This document shows, piece after piece, positions 26,579-40,278 of a stretch of DNA of 49,502 nucleotides (position 1 is its first letter; each line of letters opens with the position of its first letter). Origin of the DNA: Octopus bimaculoides (taxonomy: Eukaryota). The notes below the pieces were generated by a model. The model did not search any database, had not been told where the DNA came from, and was given only the letters and a program-made list of their open reading frames with translations. The DNA lies in the NCBI RefSeq assembly GCF_001194135.2, contig NC_068993.1, positions 43,768,485 through 43,817,986 of the forward strand, read 5' to 3'. The position numbers were made by a program, and so were the translations under genes.

Positions 26579-29500
26579 AGAATCTACAACAAAATAAGAA
26601 TGAAAGAGGTAACCAGAGAAAAGGCGAGTGAGATAGAAAAAGGGGAGAATGTCTAGAAACCAATAATAAGGCTTTTGTTTCTCAATTGCCAAACAAACAT
26701 GTCCAGTCGTGAAGGAGTGTTGTCTTGCTTTTGCCATAGGTGAGGGGTGGCAACCAGTAAGGATGTGTGGCCAGAGAAAATCTAATTTAATAAACTCCAT
26801 CTGACCCGTGCAAGCAAAGAAAAATTGGATGTTAAAAATGATGATGAATCAAAAAAAGAAATAAGCCAAATTTAAGGAGATAAAACATGTAACTTATGTC
26901 TTTGACCATCTTACATTCATGTTTATGTGAGGTGCAAATCAAATTAAATACCATATTATAGTATAAAAGCACAATTAGCAAGAAAATGTTTTAAAAAAAG
27001 TCACTGCTTACCATCATAGTCTCTGCACCGTGGACGGTTGCTCCCAATATTTAGAGGTGGTGCCGATGAAGGCGGCCCATCAGAAGGAGTAGCAACAGGA
27101 GTGTTTCGGTTTGTGTCCCAATGAGAGACAACAGATATAGCACTGCTGACAGTAGACACTGAACTTGAACTTGGCACTTGAACATTAGGTGGTCCCACAT
27201 TATAAGTATTATTGTCTTGTAAAGGAGTCGAACCTCTGCTGTCAGCATCTTTACATCCTGAAAGGTAAATGTCAAACAAATGTTTGCTTTTTGTTTTGTT
27301 TTTATATAAGTGTTTTCTCAAGTTTTCTTTTCCTTTAAGGTTTTAGCATTTTCAATTTTTGCCTAAATAATTTTAACAGATTTAATATTAGTTTCATTAT
27401 TATTAACATTTTGTTGTAATAGTATCTATCTTTTATTACTTCTTAATTTTATTGTTTTTTTTTGTATGTTTTTGTTTCTTAGAAGGAGCTATAGAGCTTG
27501 CAAAGTTTTTTAAAGAGCGGTTACAAAATACAGAAATTAGTTTGGCTAATTTCAGGTCACAGACACTTGATGGAAACATATAGTAGACAGGTAGTGGTTT
27601 AACAAACAGTGTTACAGTTCTGGAGTATTAAGAGAGAGACAGACAGACATTGGGAGTTGGATGAAAAGATAAACTGAGTTCTGAAATACTGCTTGGGAGA
27701 ATACTGTTTTGGTGGTAAAGTGGGAGTAGAGGGGCAAGACAGACACTATGTTCACAGTTCTGAGATATTGTGAGAGAAAGACATTGCATTACAGTTCTGA
27801 TGTGGATGACATAATTGACTCCACAACTTGGCATTTTTTACTGACCATAAAAGAATGAAAGTCAAAGTTAGACCCAGCACAATGAGAACTCAGAATCCAA
27901 AGGAACATAAATACAGCAAATTATTTTGTTTGACTCTCAACCAATTTTGCCATTGTTTCTAACAAGCACAAGACTAGGAATTTAGCAGTAAAGAAATAGT
28001 CAATTAAATCAACCATAATGCTTAACTGGCACCACACCTGTAGTGAAATTTGAACTCCAGGCATAAAATGATGCCACTAAATACCACAAAGTATTTTGTC
28101 CAAAGCTTTAATAATTCTGCCAATAACAATTCCGAGATCGGTATTTTATCATCTCAACCCCCAGAAGTTGACCTTGGAGGGATTTGAACTCAGAAATGTA
28201 AAGAGTCAATAGAAATACTGCAAAACATATTGTCCAATGTCCTAATAATTCTACCAATCTATCATGCTTTTATAAAAAATAATAAAGGTTTGAAATTTTG
28301 GCACAAGGCCAGCAATTTTAGGGGATGGGGTTCGATTACATCAACCCCAATGTTCAATCAGTATTTATTTTATCAAGTCTGAAAAGATGAAAGGCAACAT
28401 TGATTTTAGCAGCATTTGAACTCAGAATATAAAGCCAGAAGAAATACCACTAAGCATTTTATCCAGCATGCTAATGATTCAATCAGCTCGCCACTTTAAT
28501 AATAAGCTATATAACCATTACTCATCTTAGACACTTCAAAATAATTTGTGAGAACATTGATGAGAAAGAAAAAGTTACCTCGTGACCGCGAACGAGATCG
28601 GGAACGTGTTGGTGACCAGGACCGGGAACGTGAGCGAACACCAAATGACCTTGTTACTGGACTTCTTGAACGATCCCTATCTCTGTTTAAATCTCTACTT
28701 GGACGGAGTCTCTCCCGGGACTTCCCCTGCGGGCTTTTAGAACGAGATCGCTCCCTACTGCGTCGTCTGTTGAAGCGCCTGTCATCATGCCGACGCCTGC
28801 GATCATCTCTGCAAGAAGAGGAAGATGTAAATAGTAAAACAATAATAAACTCAAGATATCAATTCTAAATTTTAGCCAAGTGGAAATTAAAAAAAAAAAA
28901 AAGAAAAGAAAAAAGATTGTAAAAGAAAAAAAACTATGATGACTGCTGATTAGCTTGAAGTTCGAACCCTATAACTGCTGAACATTGTGACTATACACCA
29001 GAGACATCAGTATCATCATCATTTTAACATCCACTTTGCATGGGTCGAACCGATTTTACTGAAGCAGATCTTCTATGGCTGGATGCTCTTCCTGTTGCTA
29101 ACCCCCACCCTTTCCAAGCAAGGTAATGTTTCTTTGTGGCTAGACATGTTCTTGCAGAACATTGGAAATAAATAACACTGCTTGTATGATAGCAGCACTC
29201 AGCAAATCCACTCACTAGACTTTGGGTGATGAAGGGCTATAGTAGAAGACACTTGCCCAAGATACAATGCAGTAAGACTGAACCTGGTACCATGTGGTTG
29301 GAAAGCAAACCTCTTAACCATATGGCCACATCTGTGCTTAATAACAATGTCAATTAGCATTGTTATCTTACAGAAGACTAGAGTCTTTGGATTCAGTTCA
29401 TTTGCACTACAATCTTGGCAATGCTATTCCTCTTTGAAGCCTTTTTAAACAGAAGTTAGGATCTCACTTGGTAAATAAAGATCCACTGCCACCATCACTA

Positions 29501-32500
29501 TTGTATGTTCTGCTAACCATGAAGACATGGCAACTGAGATGTCAGAAATAGAAGTTAAACATTTGCTTAGAATTAAAGCAGCAGATCTGCTGATAGCTTT
29601 CAACTACTGACCAAGTTAGGTTCAGGGTTTAAATTTTGCTGCTATGCAATTATGATGATGTTTTATCAGCTCTGCTTGAACAGACCTTTGGTTGACGCAG
29701 AGCTCACCAAATACTTAGAAAGCAACCCCTAGGTAAGTAATACAGATATGCATATACAAAATTCTTAGTTTCAGATGTAACTTCCAGCATGTGATGAGTG
29801 TTTTGGCTGCGACCATATTGATTTAATATTGAAATTTCAAGCTGATTTATTGATGTTATTTCGCCTTGGGCCAGACCTATGATCTGAGGCTAAACAACAA
29901 TGAACAGACCTAGAAACAAATATATTTCAGTCGTAACTTTCCATTTTATTTTTAGATGTTGAATAACTAAGACTACTTTATCCAATGTATCCTATTTTTA
30001 GGATGTTAGAGTGTGATTTGAAGGATATTTGGTTGCTCTTTCTTACAAGCAGAAAGAGGCAAGAACTCTTTTTGGAGTCCTGTGATACAACATGAATTCA
30101 TCTCCCCTTTGCAAAATAATGAAATTGAAGTTGACAGGCTAAGACATATTTGTTACGGAAAACCAGAAAGTTCAGTCAAAAGCATATAGTTATACTATCA
30201 AAACGTTTCTTAGGGGAAAATACAGCAGCTGAGTTGAGCAGGTTGATATGGAGAAGTTTCATGTGGAAATTAAGACTGGACTTGGTTTTACTAAGACTTT
30301 ATCACCAGCACTCCTCTGAATCTATTTTTAGATGTATATGCAAAAGATAAGAGGGAGAGAAAGAGCCAATCAATAAATATTTACCCAGATCTTCCACCCC
30401 TCGGACTTGAACTGCGAGATCGTTTTTTGCGATGTTCTTTATCTTCTTCAGTGGGACCCTATAAGGATAAAAACACAAATAATACATAATGCATTACACT
30501 TACAAACATACACAGACAATTCCTGGAGGAGAGGATTTACAAAAGACGTCAATTCTTCAACAAGCACCCTGAATAATACAAATCTACTGTAATGTTGATA
30601 ATTCCAATAAGTTAATAGTTGATAATATTTTTGTAACCAGGTGAGGCCATTTCATCCCATGACACAATATCTCAACATATGCACTACATATAGTCACAGA
30701 CTAATGTTGCAGCCTCTACACAGTTGCATCATCTGCTACAAACAATCCAAATCTTTCTCAAATAAAATCCTACCAGCTTAACAATTTAGCATTCAGGTTA
30801 TTCTGTGAAATGTAATGATTATTCATTCACACTGTTTTGAATTAATCAGGTATTATCTTGTAGCTTTGATATTTCAATGACGTGAATGCTTATTTTTAGA
30901 ATGACATTGTAATAGAAGTGTGAGAAGCCAGATCTGACCAGTTTGAATATCAAACAGGTAGAATATTTTGGCCAGATATGGCCAATTTAAATGCTAAAGG
31001 ATTAAGGATAAAGACACATTCAACAACATAATCTTTTATACACAAAAAGATGAGATGGTCATGTTTGGAACTACCTTTGTTCAAAAGACTTCCTCAATCA
31101 GAGCAAGCATGGATAAACATCAACCAACACCCAATATAAAGTTTAGTATCTTCACCAAAATTTCCACCCCGCTACTGCATCAACAAAAATTGTCATGTGA
31201 TCACAGATAAAAGCAACTGGTTGGCAGCATGACAATACAAAACTTACCAATAAATATTGTAAAACCTGTTACTACAAATTCTTCATCTAAACATTCACTG
31301 AGTGTAGATACTGTACTCACCACATCTGATCCATCAGGTACTTTGCGTTTTCTGTCCAGCTTGCTAGAAGATTGACTGCTTGAAGTGGTGCTGTGGTTGC
31401 TGATTTGATTCACCACATTGTTATTGCTGCTGCTGTTGGTGGTGGTGGTGTTGTTGTTGTTACCAGAGTGGCTGTTACTAGTCGTCTGGTTATTGCTTGT
31501 CGGCGCTACAGACACACCAACAGATGACACACCATTGCTGGAATTGGTGATATAGGATTTTGTCTTCAGAGCTTCAAACAGACCATCTACAAACGTCCGT
31601 GTCCCTGTAACAATAACAAAACATAATTAGCATTCATATTTAGTGATACTACAACAAGGTCCAGTTTTTGTTGCAATGTAGTAGCTTGTGTGCCCCGGTG
31701 CCTGAGAGCTATGCTAATGGAGTGCAAGCGCCTGATAGGGCCTCTCATGCCAAGCAGATCAAAGAATAGAGGCCAGACTAATATGGACCACCTCTCCCCA
31801 GAGGTTGAAATGGATTTGCAAAGAGCCAACATTCATACATAGAAAAAAGCAAGTTACAGAAATGTCAATGGCAATTAAAAACAAAGACGACCAAGGAGAG
31901 TAAAACAGCCCAGAGTGAAGAAGAGTAAAGAAAAGCCATTGATGGCCTCTGCTCCATGGAAAGCAAAGGATTTAAGTAAATAGTTATGGAGACGATTTCA
32001 CACTGGTATTGACTAAGAGTTTTGTAGCTGTTCAATTAAGATCATAAAGTAAATGGGTAGCATTCCAGCTATTTGTATCATCATCATTTAGTGTCTGCTT
32101 TCTATGGTGGCATGGATTAAACAGTTTGACAGAAACTGATAAGCTGGAGAGCTGCACCAAGTTCCAGTCTAATTCAGTATGGTTTCTATGCCTGGATGCC
32201 CTTCCTAATGCCAACCACTTCAAGAGTGTAATGGGTGCTTTTTTACGTGCCACCAGCACAGGTGTCAGTTATGTGACACCGGCATCAGCCACAATTATGA
32301 TTACCTTTAACATAAACCTCAAACAGGTTCAGTGTATTATAATTGGCTATTTCAATTCCTGTTTGTGATGAGCATATTTCAAGACCTGATCTTCCATTTA
32401 AACTTACAAGGAAGTTATTTCAGAAATCCTGTCCTTTACCTGCAGTTTCTAGCGTGTCCAAAATGACATTTGCGTACCCACTCCCTCCCTCATTTCTTTC

Positions 32501-35255
32501 CTCAATTTACTCACATCCCTATATTTTCCATACAGGAGATTTACATTTCACCCAAAAGCAGGTAGCTGATGGGTGGCTGAGGTGGGGGAAGGGGCATTCA
32601 GTATTTCTTTCAGAAAAATTAAACTTTGAAAAACAAATTTTATTTACTAGATTTGTAATCTCTGTATTTTTCCACATGGATAAAAAACAAAATTTAAAAA
32701 ACTGTTAAAAATTAGGAAATTCCAGTGGGGAGTGAGGAAATTATAATTTTGAAAATGTGATTTCTGGACAAAATCATGATGAAAGAGTATATAGTTTGTG
32801 ATCCTTCTTAAGAACATAAATCACTTTCATGCAAACTGTACCCTCCCCACTTCACTTCTGGACAAACAATAACTTCCATTACACCAGTAATGTTCTTTAT
32901 CTCCACAAAGGCTGCAAAGAAAACTTCCTCTATTCATTCTCAAGAAAACTCACTTCAGCGATGCCCAAATGTGCAATATTTCAAAATGACCACAGACAGT
33001 GGAAGTTCTTCTCCAAACTATACTTATTGTCTAGGATGAATGCGCAATGGTACAGTGGTGCACTAGAAGCCCTAGATAGGTCACTAAGAGATATTAGAAA
33101 CAATACTGTCATTATGGGAGGGCTATTTCCCACATTGCAAGACAACTTCAAAAACATAGCATGGTTTGCAGAGAGAGAGCTATTTTTAGCACCTCAGGAT
33201 GAAAGCATTGATAAAGTAAACCATGAACTCCTCCACATTTTACCTGGAGATGTTTCAACATTAGGCTCCATTGATACTACCATCGACGAACATGCCACCC
33301 ACCACAACTATGCAATGGTACAAGATTGACTGTAACTACAATGACAAGTCATGTCCCAGAATCAACCATTATTGCCAGCTGCCATCAAGGAGAGATTGCA
33401 TACATTCCATGCATGCCCCTTCTTCCCTCAAATGTGCCATTTCAATTCAAGCACCTCCAGTTCCCAGTGTGAGTGTTCTTCGCTATTACAATCAACAAAG
33501 CCCAGGGTCAAACTTTAAAAATTGTGGGTCTCAATTTGCAAATACCCTGCTTTTTCTCATGGATAATTATATGTTGCATGCTCTAGAGTTAGCAGTGCAG
33601 ATGACTTGTATATATTTATTCTACCAACATTGGACTTAAGCAAAACATAGTTTACCCAAAAACATTGTCAGCTTCACTTAACATATGTTAAAGTGTGCAG
33701 TCTACCCAAACATTACAGAGATGATGCTTTTCACAATGAAGTAGCTTTCTTTCCATGTACCTTACTTTCTGCAATACGGATACATCTGTGCCCTCATACA
33801 TCATCTAATTCTTTACATCCATAAGTTTAGGTCATTTTGGGGACAATGTTAGGATTTCATTCTAATCCAAGCTGCCATCTTACATGTTTTTGGTGTCATC
33901 AATTTCAGCACTGTTCATTACAAAATGACCAAAAAGCACGTTTATAAAGAAGAGTTGTTTGCTTCACACTCCTTGTGAGCCGATTCTGCCCATAAGAAAG
34001 AAACAAATAATACAATGTGGCTGTAGGTCATAACACCCGGGCAACGCCAGATGCACTGACAGTTATAAAATAAACTCTGACTTACTCTGTTGGAGGAAGA
34101 CGTCAAGTTGATCAATGAGATTGTCATTTAGTTCGTTTTCAGGTTTATCTTTCTTCACAAGTGCAACTACATATTTAGCAAGAGCAGCAGGGTCAGCATC
34201 ACATCTATGAAGGAAGGAGAGAAAAGTCATGAAATTCAATTTATTACCCGTTATACACAAATACAACAAAAGGTTGCAAATGAGAGATTCTACAGTCATT
34301 TGACTAGCTAGAAACAGCAGCAAAACTCCCTCTAAATCACATCTTACAACCTTAATCCTTTAACATTCAGATTACTCTGTCAAATGTAATGCTTGTTTAT
34401 TCATATCGTTTTGAATTAATAATGCATTATCTCATAGCTTCCAGATTTCAGTGATGTGATTGGTTACTTTAAAAATAAAATCTAGATTTAGCTGATTTGA
34501 ACATAAAACCAGTAGAATATTTTGGCTGGATACGGCCAGTTTAAATGCTAAAGGGTTAAACAAGGCAAGAATAACATTTCATAATGTAGTTCTAGATACT
34601 CCCAACTACAAATGACAGGATAATCAAGGTTTGGACGTTTTCAATCATAAACCTGCTCAAAATCTACACTGATATGGAGTCAAGCAACACTGTAAAAGAA
34701 AACACTAAATAGACTACAAGTTTGGCTGCGGTTAAATTTACTTTACAGCCACATAGTACTGGGTTTCATACTACTGCATAGCACTCTGAGCAAGTATCTT
34801 GAGTCATAGCACTGAATTGAACAATGCTATGTGATTAGAATTTGGTAGCTGGAATATCATTTTAACATCCACTTTACTATACTCGCATATGTCTGATGGA
34901 ATTTATCAAGGCAGATGTCCTGTCGGCAACCCTCATCTGTTCCCAAACAAGGTAATATTCTCCATAGCTGGACATGCTTGTACAGAAGCTTAGAAACAAA
35001 TGATACCACTTATTTATAAGTATCACATTATGCTATGACAAAGAAGCACAAACACCTACATACACACAAACATGAAGGCCTTCTTTTGGTTTCCACCAAC
35101 CAAATCCACTGTGACTGGCCAGAGACTTCAGTAGAATACACTTGCCTGCAATGACACAGTGGAACTGAACTTAAAACCATAAATATAACCGAGAAGCAAA
35201 CATTTTAACTATACAGCCATGTCTGCACACACACACATATATGTATGTATATGTA

Positions 35256-35291
<36 letters not shown>

Positions 35292-35486
35292 GTGTATGTG
35301 TGTATATTTATACACACACACACACAACCGTGTGTAAACTTTTAGAATAAGCACACTGTATCTCTACTTGTCATAGCAGGCAACAAAGGATAGGTGACAG
35401 GAAGGTCATGCAATGCAAAAACAGGCCTCAACAAGTCTTGTCCAATTTGTTAGCATAGAAAACAGGACATGAAGATGATGTTTACA

Positions 35487-35533
<47 letters not shown>

Positions 35534-38500
35534 CATAAACATGGCTGTATGGATTAGAAGTTCACTTTGAATCCATATGGTCTGGGATTCAATCTCACAT
35601 CACATCTTCGGCAAGTGTCTTCAACAACAGCCACAAGAAAACCAAATCCTTGTGAACAAACTTGCTAAATGGACACTGAAATGAAACTAGTTGTATGTGT
35701 ATGTATATATGTGTGTATGCATGTCCTTGTCCTGACAATGCAAGTATCGTCATCATATAAGTGGTAGTATTTGAAATGTTCTATACAAACATACCTAGAC
35801 TGGGAGGAAAATATTACCTTACTTGGAAACAGATGAGGGTTAATGACAGAAAGAGCACCTAGCGGTAGAAAACCAGCCTGTAAAGATTTCGTCTAACCAT
35901 GCAAACATGGAAAAGTAGATGCTAAAACAAAGATGTGTGTATATATATATATAAACATACATACACACACATGCAGATATATCAAGATGTCACAAGCACA
36001 GACCTTCCTCATCTGACATATTTACAAAACATTATATAAATACAATATAACCTAATTACAGAGACAAATATAAACATCTGTCCATAAATATCTGATTTAA
36101 AAGTTAAAAGTAGAAAATTATTTGTGATATGAACAACTGAGTAGAAAAATAACATAAAATATAAATTCATAAGAACATCATCATCATTATCATCATCATC
36201 GTTTAACGTCCACTTTCCATGCTAGCATGGGTTGGACGATTTGACTGAGGACTGGTGAAACCGGATGGCAACACCAGGCTCCAGTCTAATTTGGCAGAGT
36301 TTCTACAGCTGGATGCCCTTCCTAACGCCAACCACTCAGAGAGTGTAGTGGGTGCTTTTACGTGTCACCCGCACGAAAACGGCCACGCTCGAAATGGTGT
36401 CTTTTATGTGCCACCCGCACAAGCCAGTCCAGGGGCACTGGCAACGATCTCGCTCGAAAATCCTACGGGAGCCAGTCAGGCGGTACTGGCAACGGCCACG
36501 CTCAAAATGGTGCATCTCATGTGCCACCCGCACAAGAACCAGTCCAGGGGCACTGGCAACGATCTTACTTGGCTTGCCGGGTCTTCTCACGCACAGCACA
36601 TTTCCAACATATTAACAACAAATAGTTGGGACATAAGCAAAAGACAATCAGTAACGTCTACAATAAAAATATAAAATAGAAGCCAAAGAGGAAACCACTA
36701 TGTGATTGCTTGATGTGCTAGAAATAGTAACAAAATCTCACTCAAATCACACCTTACCAAAAAATATGTATTGATGATATTGCAGTCTGAAACAGAATTC
36801 ACCTTAAAAAGAAACATAATAGAGACAACCACAAGTTGAATTCTGTTGATAGGTCTACTGGGGTTAAACAAAAACATCAACATTAATGATAATGATCCAT
36901 AGATAAGGCTAATGTTTAACTCTGTTTTTGTAACAGTGTTTGGCAATAATTCTCTTCCTGGATAAGATGCTAGTCCTATTGCAGCTAACTTCTCAAAAAA
37001 GGCATGGTTATAGATGCAGGTATGACTACGTGGTTAAAGAGCCTGCTTTACAACCTCATGGTTTCAAGTTCAGTTTCACTGTGCAGTACTCTGTGTAAGT
37101 GTCTTCTACTGTAGCCCCAAACCAACCAATGCTTTGTGAATGGATATGGTAGACAGAAACTGTGTGGCAGCCCTTCATTTATGTGTATGTGTGTGTTTGC
37201 ATTTGTCCCACCACACTGCTTGGCAACCAGTGTTGGTTTGTTTGTATAACCATAGCTTAAGAATTCAGCAAAAAACAAAAAAATAAACTGATAGAATGAG
37301 TACAAGAGTTGATTTGTTTGACAAAATCCCTTCAAGGCAGTGCCCCAGCATGGCTGCAGTCCAATGACTAAAAGAAGTAAAAGATGAAAAGAAGACACAT
37401 AGTTTCTGCAACTAGGTGAACTGAAGTAATGTAGGAGAAATGAATAGATTTCAAATTTTGGCACAAGGTCAGCAATTTCAAGTCAATTATATCTAGGGCC
37501 CAGTGCTCAACTGGTACTTATTTTATCAACCCGGTAAGGATGAAAGGCAAAGTCAACTTCAGCAGAATTTGAACTCAGACCATAAAGACCAAGTAAAGTG
37601 GTTAGTGCAGCATTGGGGTGGGGATAGGAGCACAGATTATAGGTGACGGGAGAGATGATAGAGTTCAATAAGACTAAGTTGGAGTGGCATGGGACTAACC
37701 AGCTCAGAAGGACAGCGGCCATTGATGTAGAAGTAGAAAGGGGTTAGGGACTGTGTTAGTGTAGAACTTTTACACCAATCTTTCAAGTGGTCTTTCTTTT
37801 GATCTTTATATGTATCACAATACCACCATCCAGATGTGGGAGTATTACCTCACTGCAGAGTTCACTTGAGTTTTGTAGAGGGTTAGTTATTGCTAGGAGG
37901 AGGGAACTAAAGTATTTTTTGGTTCTGAAGTGGGATAAAAATCACTCTTTGAGATGCAGCCTTTGCCAGGAGAAATCTTCAGTAATGGTGCAACTAGCAT
38001 TTGAAGTGATTATGAGTGTTCATGTTCTAGGCAATGTTTTCTTGAAATATGCAGAAATTGTGTTTTTATGCAACATATGTCATATCATTGAAGGATGTTT
38101 TCATAGTCTCTGTTCATGATGATATAGTCTCTAAGATCAGGTACAGTCTTTAAGATGGCAGCTAAGTACAGAAGGTTAAGAGAGGAATGAAGAGTAATAT
38201 ATCACTCTATAGTCCAAACTGACTGAATGAGATGGATAGAGCATATATGCAAGCATACCAGTGATACATATATCAAACATAGTTGAGAGCTTTGCTAATG
38301 TTAAGGATAACAATGCTTTCAATAAATTTTTTGAGGGAGAGCCCACAGGAGAGTGACATCAGTGAGTAGATCTCTGGTAAATACAGCTTTACAAAAGTAC
38401 TATCGTTAAGGCACAAGAGATTCAAAGTGCTGGAGAAAGTTGTTGCTAATAACTTTCTCTATCTTTGAGATATTGGAAGTGAAAGATACAGGACAGTAGT

Positions 38501-40232
38501 TGACAGATTTAGAAAGGTTGCCTTTCTTATAAAAAGGACACACTAGAAGGTTTCTAAAATTCAGGATATATGCCTGTGGAGAGAGAAAGAGACATACATT
38601 GAAGAGTTTGGTGAAAATAAGTGTTAGCTTTGGGGCATAATATTAGAGGTGAATGGAAGGGAATTTGTCAGGATCAGTGGTCCAGCTGGTTTGAAGCAAC
38701 TGGAGGTACTTTTGCTTTTGGCATACCAAGTGTGTGATGAGGATCCTATGGGAATGGAAAAGGAAATCTTTGGAGATTTACCGAGTAACATGTGGACAGC
38801 AAAAGTGGAGTATTTCTTCACAGGAATACAATGCACTCAGCCAACATGGGTACAAAGTAGAGGAAATGAGGATTTTAGCCGAGATCCTTTTAAAAAGGGA
38901 CCATAAAGAATAAGAGGCAAGACATCATCCAAACCAAGAAGGATGCCCCTATGCAATGTATAGAAACGTTTTTTGTGGTTTGGATGATGGTCTTGCAGGA
39001 GTTCTAGTGCTGAGTAAAAGCCATGTTGCTTTTTCCAAACATTGTATTTCATGTTCTTTTCTTGAAATGCTACAGCAAAGCTATGAATGAACAACTTGGG
39101 AAGAAAATATTGGAGGCTGTGAATTTTTGTTTAGTGTGAAACGTGGAAAGGAATACCTAAGCGGAGGTTTTAATCACCTGTCTAGTTCATTCTGATATTT
39201 CAAAACAATGAAGATTTTATGCATCGCCAAGTATAGATAGCACAGAACTAGCAGAGCACTGACTAGTCATCTGACGTAACGTGTCATAGGGACCAGGAGG
39301 AGGGAAAAGGATATTATGTAAAATGCGAATGTGGTGAGGGGCCATAAAAAAGTAGTCATCAGACAGTCTGATAGATGCAGAGATAGGGATGGTCCATAAG
39401 ATTGGATTTTCTGAGGAAATATTGGACAAAGTATTTAGTAGAGGAGGAGTATAAGACAAAACAGAGTTTGCATGAAAGAGAAGCAAATGTATTAAATAAA
39501 GCTGAATTGTCAGCACACAGTTTGTTAATTCAGAGAAGCAGAAATAATACATATGGGTCAGTGGGAATTGATTTTTTGAGAATGAGATGTTTTTGTTATT
39601 GTTAGCAACACCAATGTCTCATACATGTTACACTAATGTGGGTTATACTAGGCGTTTATAAAGAATCAACTAGTTGAACAGAGTTAGACTTTGAAAGGGC
39701 TCCAATGTTGGTTGCATTTCAATTGATCAAAACTGAAGTATTTTTTGGTCTTAAAAGAACACTAGTTCAGTTTGGTAGGAGGGATCAAACAGTGAGATCT
39801 AATATTTGTAGCAGGTTTGAGGGGGTTCAACAGAGATATTTTGATAGGCAGACACAGCCAGTTACATATATAAAAAAAAAAATGTAACTTGTCTGTCGCT
39901 TTGACTTGCAACCAAATTGTCAAATCACACTCTTCTGTCTTAGAAAAAAAGAACACAATGTGATAATGTAAAGCTAGACAATTCTAACTAAAAAAAATGG
40001 AGTGGTCACTCACAGAACGCCTTTCATATCTGTTTGATCAACACTGACCAAGGAATATTTTTTGTTGATTCGGTTTGGTTACACAAGCATACACATATAT
40101 TATATGGATATATTTATTAAAAATAAATTCGAATATAAAAATGGAAGTAAGGGAGTTGGGACCAAAAGTCAAAAAAGATCAATGCAAAATTTCAATTTAA
40201 AATATAACGACGTTACCAATAAAACTGTATCG

Positions 40233-40278
<46 letters not shown>

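Noticed and set aside
28548-28868. Plus-strand 106-aa Arg-rich ORF, and similarly 15534-15734 and 7385-7774
   Set aside because: These are antisense shadows of RBM26 exons 5, 14 and 19.
32829-33329. Host PIF1 helicase gene
   Set aside because: It has stops, frameshifts and deletions and no splice structure; the motifs fit a Helitron relic.
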